A DNA stretch of 56,134 bases. Origin: Bacteroidales bacterium. Lineage in GTDB: Bacteria > Bacteroidota > Bacteroidia > Bacteroidales > UBA3663. Below are positions 1-8,629 of the stretch, one piece after another. The notes below the pieces were generated by a model. It worked only from the letters and a program-made list of their open reading frames with translations, made no database searches and was not told the origin of the DNA. Position 1 is the first letter of the stretch. Each line of letters starts with the position of its first letter. A program made the position numbers and the translations under genes. The DNA lies in the NCBI GenBank assembly GCA_017632695.1, contig JAGBQS010000051.1:1-56134 (forward strand), written 5' to 3'.

Positions 1-1
1 G

Positions 2-403
2 CACAACAGTCAGACGGTTTTGCGTACACGTCCGCTGACTTCCCGATATAAGGCTTTGCTGACCGCTTCGTGGAAATCTCCGCTCGAGTTGTGGCAGGCT
101 GATCTGACCTTTCAATGGACCGGACCCGGAAGGATGCCGGATCCGGCTGTGGGCGACGACGGACAGCCCCTGTGGAACGCCCGATATAAGGCATTCGGAC
201 AGTTGCAGGCTCAGCTAACACGAGAATACCGTTTGTGTTCCGTTTATGTGGGAGGTGAGAATCTGACCGGTTTCCGGCAAAAGAACCCCATTGTGGATGC
301 TGCCAATCCGTATGGTACGCGTTTCGATGCCTCGATGGTCTGGGGACCGACCGATGGCGCTATGTTTTACGCAGGCATCCGCCTGAATCTGGAAAGGTTT
401 TAG
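2..403 (+). CDS. C-terminal fragment of a TonB-dependent outer-membrane receptor (5' end outside the window)
   Basis: The frame is open from position 2. The C-terminal barrel-like sequence is ...VYVGGENLTGFRQKNPIVDAANPYGTRFDASMVWGPTDGAMFYAGIRLNLERF, ending in an aromatic residue. A hairpin terminator follows. Confidence 0.5.
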   Translation, partial: HNSQTVLRTRPLTSRYKALLTASWKSPLELWQADLTFQWTGPGRMPDPAVGDDGQPLWNARYKAFGQLQAQLTREYRLCSVYVGGENLTGFRQKNPIVDAANPYGTRFDASMVWGPTDGAMFYAGIRLNLERF

Positions 404-443
404 GATGTAGAAGGTTCCGGTATATACACGGTTAGAAAGATAT

Positions 444-483
444 AAAGTGGCAGTTTTCTGAAGAATTCTGCCACTTTATTGTT
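444..483 (+). terminator. Rho-independent terminator
   Basis: Stem aagtggcag (444-452) pairs with ctgccactt (467-475). A T-rich tail follows. Confidence 0.6.
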
Positions 484-529
484 TCCTTCCTAATAAAATC
501 CGGGTAATCTGACTATAATGATGTTAGTC

Positions 530-625
530 TCTACCATCAGAATGGTAGAAGAGATGTCTGAAAAATGGCCTCAGTGTGCGATTTCCCAGTTGTGGAAAAG
601 TCCGTAACTTTGCACCGTGAAACAT
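530..625 (+). promoter_or_regulatory. Promoter module copy 1: TCTACCAT/ATGGTAGA hairpin plus TAACTTTG -7 box
   Basis: An 8-bp inverted repeat spans 530-537/542-549. The segment gcgatttccc...gaaaagtccgtaactttgcac carries a TAnnTTTG match at 605-612, about 70 nt upstream of the SusC-like ATG. Confidence 0.5.
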
Positions 626-682
626 TAACAGAAACTGGTGAGAGAATTAACAAAAACTGGAAAAATTATTAAGGTATAGATT

Positions 683-3600
683 ATGGCAAACAAAAAAATT
701 ATTCTCGTTTCGGCTCTTCTTTTAGCCCAGGTGCCGGCTGTGGCAGGTACGGATGGCGATGCGGCAAACCCGACAGCCGGACAGACAATTCCGGAAAGCC
801 CGGAAACGGCTGTTGCACAGCCCCGTAAACAGGAAACTGCCATCCTTGATGGCGTAGTTATTGACCATACAAGCGGCGAGCCGGTTATCGGCGCAAATGT
901 ATATGATCCGACATCGAAAAACGGTGCCGTAACCGATGTTGACGGTAAATTTACGTTGCAGGTATCGGTTCCGACCACAATCCGTGTCAGTTTTATCGGC
1001 TACGAACCCCGTACCCTTTATATAAATAATGAGAGTGCCCGCAAAAAACAGCGCATCGATCTGCTGGAGGAACACAGTGCCCTCGATGAAGTTGTGGTGG
1101 TCGGCTATGGAACACAGCGCCGTACACAGTTGACAGGTTCGGTGGCAACGGTCGGCAAGCAGGTACTTGAAACCAATCTGACTCCTACGCTCGATCAGGC
1201 ACTGGGCGGAACCGTTGCCGGACTGAATATTACGGCAAGCAGCGGTCAGCCGGGCGCAGCATCATCAGTCCGGATACGTGGCGGAAATTCGGTGAATGCC
1301 TCGAACGAGCCGCTGTATGTGATTGACGGATTCATCTATTTCAAGTCGGATGCCGACAATAAGACCGGCATTGATGCCATCGAGTCGAGCCTGTCACCGT
1401 TGCTGACCGTCAACCCGTCGGATATTGAGCGTATCGAGGTGCTCAAGGATGTATCGGCCACGGCGATATATGGCAGTCGTGGTGCTAACGGCGTGATTAT
1501 CGTTACCACCAAAAAAGGCAATCGCGACCGCACCAGTATTCATTACCGCTATTCGGCAGGCTTTGATGTGGTTTCGAAAAAACTGGATCTGATGAATGCC
1601 CGGGAGTTTGCGGCTTACAACAAACAGTATTTCAACAACATCGGCGGATATACCGACAGTGAGATTGCTGCTTTGGGCAAAGGAACCGACTGGCAGGATG
1701 CCTTGCTGCAGACCGGTAGCCATCAGAGTCACGAGTTCAGCGTGACGGGCGGCAACGATAAAACGCGCTATGCCTTTTCGGCCAACTACACTACGCAGGA
1801 CGGTATCATCCTGAATTCCGGTTTCGACCGTTACAATTTTCACCTCAACTTTGAACGCGAGCTGGCCAAAGGTCTGACATTTTCTTCGAACACTACCTTC
1901 GGAAAATCTATTCAGAACGGACTCACTACTACCAGTCAGTCAAACAGTTCCACCTCGCCGTTCGGAAACGGTATCACTAATTCGTTTGTGTATGGCCTGA
2001 TGATGCCCCCAACCGTTTCGGTCTATACCGAAGACGGAGACTACAACTACACAAATCCGTACGAACATGCTTATTTTGCATTGGGAACTACGGCTGCCAA
2101 TCCGGTCAGCGACCTGAACAATTCGGTGGCTGAAAGCATCAATGCCTATGTGTTGGCTAACTATTCGTTACGCTATGTCTGGAAGGAACTGACCTTTAAG
2201 GCTTCGGCAGGCGTGAACCGTGAACGCATTACGCAGAACTATTTCTCGCCTTCCTATACGGCTCTCGGCCTGGCAAGTTCCGGTTTGGTGGGCATAGGCA
2301 ACAAGAGCAACGAGTCGTGGCTGCAGGAATATACCGTAGACTGGAACCACAGTTTTCCGGTTGCGGAACTCTCAGCCTTGGCAGGATATACCCGTCAGGA
2401 TACCCGAAGCAACTGGTTTACCCAGATGGGACGCCTGCTGACCAACGACACAAAGAAACAGTATTCGTTGGCCGATGCCGAAACGCTCGATACGCCTGTG
2501 GCCGACGAAAGCAGTTCGAACCTGAACTCGGTGATAGGACGTGTGAACTATACTTTGCGCGGTCGCTATAATGCAACGGCTACCATTCGCGGAGACCGTT
2601 CAAGCCGTCTGACAGCCGATGGCGGATGGGGCTGGTTCCCGTCGCTGGGCTTTTCGTGGAATGTTTCGGAAGAGGATTTCCTGAAAAATCACCACTCCAT
2701 CAGCAACCTGAAGATACGTCTGTCGGCAGGAACTGTAGGCAATCAGGAAATCGGCGATCTTGACTACGCCTTGCAGTACACGGCAGGCAAGTATGCCGGT
2801 TCTGCCAGCTATTCCATCAGTAATTCAGGAGCCGATTTGAAGTGGGAAACGACAGCTTCGTTCAATGCAGGTTTCGATCTGGGCTTCTTCGATAACCGGC
2901 TGGAATTCGAAGCGGATGCCTATTATAAGAAGACCTCTGACCTGTTGCTGGAAGTACCGCAGGGTATCGGTTCTTCGACGGCTACCCAGATGGAGAACGT
3001 AGGTAACGTAGAGAACCGAGGTGTGGAACTGAGCGTGAGTGCAGACCTGATACGGAACGGAAATCTGCAGTGGAGTGCTTCGGCCAATATTGCCTTCAAC
3101 CGCAACGAGGTTACCAAGACCAGCGGAAGCGATGTGATCAGCGGTGTGCAGAGCCAGATGATTTTGCGCGAAGGAGAGTCGCTGGGCAGTTTCTATGGTT
3201 TGAAGTTCAAGGGTTATGAAAATGGCCAGGCAACATTCGAGGATTACGACGGGAACGGAGCCATTTCGTACAACGACCGTATTGTTTTGGGTAGTATCCA
3301 GCCGGAATTTACCTATGGATTCAGCAGTACGCTTGCCTGGAAGAATCTGGATGCCTATGTGGGCTTTCAGGGTTCGTACGGTAACGAACTCTATAACAGT
3401 ACCGGCCGACTGCTGTCGAGTCCGACCGCATCGTACAATCTGCTGCGTTCAACCAAGGTGACGCAAACACGACCTACCAATTACATCGATTCGCGTTATG
3501 TGGAAGATGCGTCCTATCTGAAACTGAAGAATCTTACTGTAGGTTATACCTTTAAATTACAGGCAGGCCGGACTCCGTTCTCCATACGCGTGTTTGCGCA

Positions 3601-3724
3601 GGCGTCGAACCTGCTGACCATTACCGGTTATTCGGGTTACGACCCGGAGGTATCGGGTGGAACCGATACCAGTGCCTATCCGTCGAGCCGAAGCTTTACG
3701 TTTGGGGCAGGAATCACCTTCTGA
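683..3724 (+). CDS. SusC/RagA-family TonB-dependent outer-membrane transporter
   Basis: 1013 aa with a signal peptide. It has a carboxypeptidase-regulatory-like domain (ILDGVVIDHTSGEPVIGANVY) and plug motifs (VVVVGYGTQRR, IRIRGGNSVNASNEPLYVIDGF, IERIEVLKDVSATAIYGSRGANGVIIVTTKKG). The barrel ends FTFGAGITF. Confidence 0.93.
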   Translation: MANKKIILVSALLLAQVPAVAGTDGDAANPTAGQTIPESPETAVAQPRKQETAILDGVVIDHTSGEPVIGANVYDPTSKNGAVTDVDGKFTLQVSVPTTIRVSFIGYEPRTLYINNESARKKQRIDLLEEHSALDEVVVVGYGTQRRTQLTGSVATVGKQVLETNLTPTLDQALGGTVAGLNITASSGQPGAASSVRIRGGNSVNASNEPLYVIDGFIYFKSDADNKTGIDAIESSLSPLLTVNPSDIERIEVLKDVSATAIYGSRGANGVIIVTTKKGNRDRTSIHYRYSAGFDVVSKKLDLMNAREFAAYNKQYFNNIGGYTDSEIAALGKGTDWQDALLQTGSHQSHEFSVTGGNDKTRYAFSANYTTQDGIILNSGFDRYNFHLNFERELAKGLTFSSNTTFGKSIQNGLTTTSQSNSSTSPFGNGITNSFVYGLMMPPTVSVYTEDGDYNYTNPYEHAYFALGTTAANPVSDLNNSVAESINAYVLANYSLRYVWKELTFKASAGVNRERITQNYFSPSYTALGLASSGLVGIGNKSNESWLQEYTVDWNHSFPVAELSALAGYTRQDTRSNWFTQMGRLLTNDTKKQYSLADAETLDTPVADESSSNLNSVIGRVNYTLRGRYNATATIRGDRSSRLTADGGWGWFPSLGFSWNVSEEDFLKNHHSISNLKIRLSAGTVGNQEIGDLDYALQYTAGKYAGSASYSISNSGADLKWETTASFNAGFDLGFFDNRLEFEADAYYKKTSDLLLEVPQGIGSSTATQMENVGNVENRGVELSVSADLIRNGNLQWSASANIAFNRNEVTKTSGSDVISGVQSQMILREGESLGSFYGLKFKGYENGQATFEDYDGNGAISYNDRIVLGSIQPEFTYGFSSTLAWKNLDAYVGFQGSYGNELYNSTGRLLSSPTASYNLLRSTKVTQTRPTNYIDSRYVEDASYLKLKNLTVGYTFKLQAGRTPFSIRVFAQASNLLTITGYSGYDPEVSGGTDTSAYPSSRSFTFGAGITF

Positions 3725-3774
3725 AATAAGCCGTATACCAGTTTTTGTGTCGAATATGTATAAATTTCGAATGC

Positions 3775-3883
3775 ATGTGGTAGAAGTCGTGAGATTTCTA
3801 CCACATATTTGTTAGATAATATGCCATATCAGGCGGATTTCCTATGTGCGAAAAAGGCCGTACCTTTGCAGTGTCAAATTCGA
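3775..3883 (+). promoter_or_regulatory. Promoter module copy 2: ATGTGGTAGAA/TTCTACCACAT hairpin plus TACCTTTG -7 box
   Basis: An 11-bp inverted repeat spans 3775-3785/3796-3806. The TAnnTTTG match lies at 3861-3868. Positions 3847-3883 are identical to 6667-6703. Confidence 0.55.
3847..3883 (+). repeat. 37-nt exact direct repeat, copy A (tgcgaaaaaggccgtacctttgcagtgtcaaattcga)
   Basis: A base-by-base comparison with 6667-6703 shows no mismatch. Confidence 0.9.
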
Positions 3884-3915
3884 TATAAAAACATTAAAAA
3901 GAAAGGATCGAAAAA

Positions 3916-4458
3916 ATGGAAACAAATCGTGTTATTAAGGTACTGAACAATGGATTCGGTGGAAAATCAGTCCGCACATGGGCTGTTGTCGCAGGTGTTT
4001 TGCTGGGTTCTTTGCTGACGTCATGCTCTGACGATGACGATGTTTCGCCCAGTAGGGAAGTGAAGGTGGTAGAGCTTTCGTCCGATACGTTATCGGCCTC
4101 ATTCTCTTATCTGGATGCCACTTACGAGGCTGTTCTGTTGCAACTTGACGATGTAAAGGTAGGCGTGAATACGGTGTATGCCTATCTGTTGCAGGAAAGT
4201 ACTGACGGTTTGCTGGCTATCGACCGTCCGGAAGACTATTCGATCGGAGTCTATCCTTATATGCCGGGAATGGGACACTCTTCGCCCAACAACGCAGATT
4301 TTGTTTGGGATGCTGAAACGAATGCCTATGTAGGTACACTTAACTTTACCATGTCCGGTTTATGGCAGGTATTCCTCACTATCCGGAAGGGAGAAGAGGT
4401 AGTTGCCGACGAAGTCATCTGGACATTCCAGTTAGGTTCTTCTTCGATGTCTATGTAA
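3916..4458 (+). CDS. Surface lipoprotein of unknown function (possible YtkA/FixH-like Ig-fold with a Met/His motif)
   Basis: 180 aa. The lipobox with acidic tail is LLTSC-SDDDDV. The segment YPYMPGMGHSSPNN...GTLNFTMSGLWQVFLTI resembles small metal-binding beta-sandwich proteins. The family call is tentative. Confidence 0.65.
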   Translation: METNRVIKVLNNGFGGKSVRTWAVVAGVLLGSLLTSCSDDDDVSPSREVKVVELSSDTLSASFSYLDATYEAVLLQLDDVKVGVNTVYAYLLQESTDGLLAIDRPEDYSIGVYPYMPGMGHSSPNNADFVWDAETNAYVGTLNFTMSGLWQVFLTIRKGEEVVADEVIWTFQLGSSSMSM

Positions 4459-4542
4459 GTTCTGTACTAAATTTGTACTTCTCATTTCATTATGGAGTTT
4501 GTGGGATTACTTGATTAAGACTGCTTTGACTTTTCTGTATAC

Positions 4543-6558
4543 ATGTTCGCAAATCTACTTTTCTCCCTTTTATTGGTTGAGTCTGACAGTATCGCCGTTG
4601 AAGGCGGTGCTGTCAGCATTTTCGATAAGACGTTCGATGAGGTTGTGGTGAATGCCGCTGCCGGACAGCAGAAGCAGACAACAGGAAAAGGCGTCGAAAG
4701 TCTGGATGAACATCTGGCCCGACTTCGGCAGGCCGATTTGGTGAAACGCGGAGCCTATGCCAGTGAGGTATCGGTAAACTCGATGCAGACCGAACGCGTA
4801 TCGACGACCATCGACGGTATGAAGATTTTCTGTGCCTGCACCGATCGGATGGATCCCGTTACCTCGTATGTCGAAACCTCGAACCTGAGTCGCATCTTTC
4901 TGAACAGCGGTTTGGGCAACGATCCTCAGGCTACCGGAAATCTGGGAGGCAGCGTCGATCTGAAACTGCGTAAAGCAGGTTTCGATGCAGCGCCCTTCGA
5001 AATGAATGTTCAGACCGGTTTTGAGACCAACGGTTGTTTGCAGTCGTATCTGGCCGATGTGGCTTTGTCGTCCGAAACACGCTACCTGAATACAGGTATA
5101 AGCTTCCGTGATGCCAGGAATTATCAGGCAGGAGGCAACCGGGAAATCGACTTCTCACAGTATCAGAAGTTCAATGTTTTTGCTAATGGCGGCCGGCAAT
5201 GGGGTGATGGCCGGATTGTGGAGTTTTCGGCCATTTACGACCTGGCTACCGATGTGGGTTACCCGTCGCTTACAATGGATGTTAAGAAAGCAGAAGGCCT
5301 GATAACGGCACTCGCTTACCGTCAGGAACACTTCCGGAGTCCGTTGCTGACCCGTTGGGAGAGCAAGGTATACTACAACAACATCCGTCACGAAATGGAC
5401 GATACACACAGGCCCGATGTTGTGATGCACATGGATATGCCCGGGTTGAGCCGGACTTCCGGTCTGTATTCTCTGTTGGCAGGCAGCTGGAAACAGCACC
5501 TCTGGCAACTGAATCTTGACGGCTATCTGAACCGTTCGAGAGCAGAGATGACCATGTATCCGTCTACTTACGGAACGGCTGCCTATAATCCTGCCGACCG
5601 GATGTTTATGCTCACCTGGCCGGATGTACAGACCGGAAATACAGGCTTGTCGGTGTCGGATCAATGGGGAAATTTCCGTCTGACACTGAAGGGCTCTCTG
5701 CAATGGTCGCACATTTCCGATCCTGAAGGACTGGCCACTTTGCAAATCTATTATCCGACTCAGTCTGACCGTCAGTTCCGCCGTGAGGGACGTGTTACGT
5801 TACATTACCGGAAAGACTGGCAAAAGGGAAGCGTGAGTGTCGGAGCTGGCTGGGGATCGCGTACGCCGACTGTTACTGAAGCCTATGGCTATTTCCTTTA
5901 TAATACGTTGGACGGCTACGATTATCTGGGTAATCCGGAACTGAAAAATGAGAAGGCCGTTCAATTCGATTTGTCGGGTTCCTGGTCTCCGGCACCCGAT
6001 TGGGAATTCTCGGCGGACGGTAATCTGTTCCTGTTTGATGATTATATTCAGGGTGGCTTGACCGGCGATGTTTCCGGTTATTCGCCGATGACCATCGGAG
6101 CCTTGGGCGTTAAGCAGTACAGGAATCTCCCATCGGCAACAATTGCAAATCTTTCGTTCGATGCCGACTGGCAACTGAGTAGTGCCTGGCGCTGGCAGAA
6201 CCGCATCGGCTGGTCGTGGGGCAAAGATAACCGGAACCGTTCGCTTCCGCTTATTGCTCCCTTGCAGTTCCGTTCAACCTTGGCATACGAGTGGGGCAGT
6301 TGGGAAGGCAGTGCTTCGGTTATAGGGGCAGCCCGAAAGGAAGATGCAGCCCGTCATCTGGGTGAGCACAGTACCCCCGGTTACGTACTTTATAACTTGC
6401 AGGCCGGCTATCTGGTCCGGTTGGCAGGAAAAGTGAACGTTACGCTGAAGGCAGGGGTGGAGAATGTGCTCGACAAGTACTATACTACCTATGCCAGTTG
6501 GAACGGAATCGGGCAGAAGGGAAGGAACTTTTTTGCTTCACTGCAAGCCTCATTTTGA
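4543..6558 (+). CDS. TonB-dependent receptor (non-SusC type, about 670 aa)
   Basis: Plug region: DLVKRGAYASEVSVNSMQTERVSTTIDGMKIFCACTDRMDPVTSY. A long beta-barrel ends ...GRNFFASLQASF. The N-terminal leader is short and atypical, and an in-frame stop at 4516-4518 prevents extension upstream. Confidence 0.85.
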   Translation: MFANLLFSLLLVESDSIAVEGGAVSIFDKTFDEVVVNAAAGQQKQTTGKGVESLDEHLARLRQADLVKRGAYASEVSVNSMQTERVSTTIDGMKIFCACTDRMDPVTSYVETSNLSRIFLNSGLGNDPQATGNLGGSVDLKLRKAGFDAAPFEMNVQTGFETNGCLQSYLADVALSSETRYLNTGISFRDARNYQAGGNREIDFSQYQKFNVFANGGRQWGDGRIVEFSAIYDLATDVGYPSLTMDVKKAEGLITALAYRQEHFRSPLLTRWESKVYYNNIRHEMDDTHRPDVVMHMDMPGLSRTSGLYSLLAGSWKQHLWQLNLDGYLNRSRAEMTMYPSTYGTAAYNPADRMFMLTWPDVQTGNTGLSVSDQWGNFRLTLKGSLQWSHISDPEGLATLQIYYPTQSDRQFRREGRVTLHYRKDWQKGSVSVGAGWGSRTPTVTEAYGYFLYNTLDGYDYLGNPELKNEKAVQFDLSGSWSPAPDWEFSADGNLFLFDDYIQGGLTGDVSGYSPMTIGALGVKQYRNLPSATIANLSFDADWQLSSAWRWQNRIGWSWGKDNRNRSLPLIAPLQFRSTLAYEWGSWEGSASVIGAARKEDAARHLGEHSTPGYVLYNLQAGYLVRLAGKVNVTLKAGVENVLDKYYTTYASWNGIGQKGRNFFASLQASF

Positions 6559-6614
6559 GCGTTTTTGTCCGTTTTCGACACAAAAATATGGCGTTTGAGG
6601 CAGTTATCCGTTTA

Positions 6615-6703
6615 TTTCTACCAACAATGAGGTAGAAAAGTTGCCACACCGCAGGTATTTCCCAAATGCGAAAAAGGCCGTACCTTTGCAGTGTCAAATT
6701 CGA
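6615..6703 (+). promoter_or_regulatory. Promoter module copy 3: TTTCTACC/GGTAGAAA hairpin plus TACCTTTG -7 box
   Basis: An 8-bp inverted repeat spans 6615-6622/6631-6638. The TAnnTTTG match lies at 6681-6688, and the 37-nt exact repeat at 6667-6703. Confidence 0.55.
6667..6703 (+). repeat. 37-nt exact direct repeat, copy B
   Basis: Identical to 3847-3883. Confidence 0.9.
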
Positions 6704-6844
6704 GGTAGCTGTTTATGATGAACACCCTCTGAAATCCGTTCAGAACACAGCTGTTCAGGCTACCTCGGGTTTGAAACTAGAACATTCAATACATTAATAA
6801 ATATAACAAGAGGATTAACTTACTTAAAAGAAAGGACAAAAGTT

Positions 6845-8491
6845 ATGAAAAAGAATTTCAATGTTATTAAGGCTCTCTTTTGGGCAGCAATTCTGACTGC
6901 CCCGGTTTTCGCTTCGTGCTCGGATGATGATGACAACACCGTCATCGACGAAGAGAATGTAGTTACCGACGATGCTACTGCCATAGCCCTTGCCAACGGT
7001 GCATACGGTCCGTTGCAGCGTCTGTCATCGTCTTTCAGTTTTATCATCGAGTTGCAGTCTGATCAGCTCATATCGTTCGAGGGTGAAGAAGAAGAAGCCG
7101 GCCCGGTCAACAGCCGATTTGAACAGGTTGAGAATACCTGGTATCAGGTCAAGATCTTCAATTATCTCTATACCTCTATTACTAACGATAATACCACCAT
7201 CACCGAGGTAAGCAAGGCTTACAAGAAGGGCAAGGTGTCCGATAATGCCTATAAGGCTGCCGTCGGCAAGGCAAAACTGCTTCGCGGTTTGTCATACCTC
7301 TATCTGGTGCAGCTATGGGGAGAGGTTCCTGTTTTCACTGAAGAGGGCGGCTCGGCTACCATTCGCCAAAGCATCGATGATGTCTATGCCCGGATTGTGG
7401 ACGACCTGACCGATGCCGAGGACCTGCTGTCCGATTATAGCGGCGACCCGATTACGCCATCCAAACAGGCTGCTCAGGCATTGTTGGCACGCGCCTACCT
7501 CAACTGGGGTTACAACCCGCTTTCGCAAAGCCAGGTGGCAGCTATTGCCAATACTCAGACTGACCCGCAGGTGAGCACTGATGCCGCCAAACTGCAGTTG
7601 GCTTATACTTATGCCAAGAAAGTGATTGACAGCGGTAAGCTGGCTTTGGCTTCCGACTTCTCAAAACTCTTCGGCCGTGAGTACGAATCCAATAAACTGG
7701 GGCAGAACGAGCATCTGCTTACCATTCATCACGATGGTGACTCGTATGATGCACAGGGCAACCACCAGACCCACTGCTCATGGACCTATCCTTACCAGAA
7801 CGGACAGAACGGACAGCTCTTCCAGCAGAACCACACTGAGGTGCCGGATGTAGACCTCTACGATGACTGGAAGGCTGCCGAACCCGACGACAAGCGTCTG
7901 GAGAAGACCTACATCATTTCGGCCGTCAATCCGGAGGATCAGTTTACCTATACATACTATGCTCCTTTTTATACACCAATTAACGGTAAGGGCTACGATG
8001 AAAGTTACGAAGACTCGCAGAACAAGGAAATCCTCTACAACTCGGTGGACCGCATTGAGGTTCGCTATGCAGAAGTGCTCCTAACGGCTGCCGAAGCCCT
8101 CGTCCAGTTGAACCGCAATGCAGAAGCTGCCACGTATTTCAACCAGCTCCGCCAGCGTGCAGGTGTTGCTTCGAAGTCTGCTCCTTCGTTTGCTGATATC
8201 AAGGCTGAATGGACCTATGAGTTCACCTACGAGCAGAAGTCGCTCCTGAACCATTACCGTTGGAAGGATCTTATTGCCAATGTGCAGAATGTGGCTACTT
8301 ATACGCACTTCGATCAGGCTCAGGTGCAGGCCGATTCCGAGGCATATCCATTGGCTGCTGCTTACTGGCAGAAGGTTTACAATCATCTGCATGCCAAGTA
8401 TGATAACGTTCGCGGCAAGCACTATCGCCAGCCAATCCCGCTGGGCCTCACTGGCGAGGTACTGGGCATCGAACAGAACCCTGGATATTAA
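6845..8491 (+). CDS. SusD/RagB-family nutrient-binding surface lipoprotein
   Basis: 548 aa with lipobox VFASC-SDDDDN. TPR-like helical segments are typical of SusD (AKLLRGLSYLYLVQLWGEVPV, RAYLNW, EVRYAEVLLTAAEALVQLNRNAEAATYFNQLRQRAG). Confidence 0.92.
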   Translation: MKKNFNVIKALFWAAILTAPVFASCSDDDDNTVIDEENVVTDDATAIALANGAYGPLQRLSSSFSFIIELQSDQLISFEGEEEEAGPVNSRFEQVENTWYQVKIFNYLYTSITNDNTTITEVSKAYKKGKVSDNAYKAAVGKAKLLRGLSYLYLVQLWGEVPVFTEEGGSATIRQSIDDVYARIVDDLTDAEDLLSDYSGDPITPSKQAAQALLARAYLNWGYNPLSQSQVAAIANTQTDPQVSTDAAKLQLAYTYAKKVIDSGKLALASDFSKLFGREYESNKLGQNEHLLTIHHDGDSYDAQGNHQTHCSWTYPYQNGQNGQLFQQNHTEVPDVDLYDDWKAAEPDDKRLEKTYIISAVNPEDQFTYTYYAPFYTPINGKGYDESYEDSQNKEILYNSVDRIEVRYAEVLLTAAEALVQLNRNAEAATYFNQLRQRAGVASKSAPSFADIKAEWTYEFTYEQKSLLNHYRWKDLIANVQNVATYTHFDQAQVQADSEAYPLAAAYWQKVYNHLHAKYDNVRGKHYRQPIPLGLTGEVLGIEQNPGY

Positions 8492-8508
8492 CCCTTTGCC
8501 TATACAAG

Positions 8509-8553
8509 TGATGCAGGATGGGGAGAAGCCTATTCTGCATCATCGTTTTTTTT
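8509..8553 (+). terminator. Rho-independent terminator
   Basis: Stem tgatgcag(g)at pairs with at(t)ctgcatca. A run of 8 T at 8546-8553 follows. Confidence 0.6.
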
Positions 8554-8629
8554 CGTACTTTATTTTCCCTGTAGGAAAATATTTTGTACAGAAGGGCGTT
8601 ATTATAATAAAGTCGATACAAAACTGATT

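Noticed and set aside
3847-6703. The 37-nt direct repeats as target-site duplications or ends of a mobile element carrying the lipoprotein + TBDR pair
   Set aside because: There is no transposase, integrase, terminal inverted repeat or tRNA target. The repeat contains a TAnnTTTG promoter box, and a third diverged copy precedes the SusC gene. It is therefore better read as a duplicated promoter module. A past recombination event is still possible.
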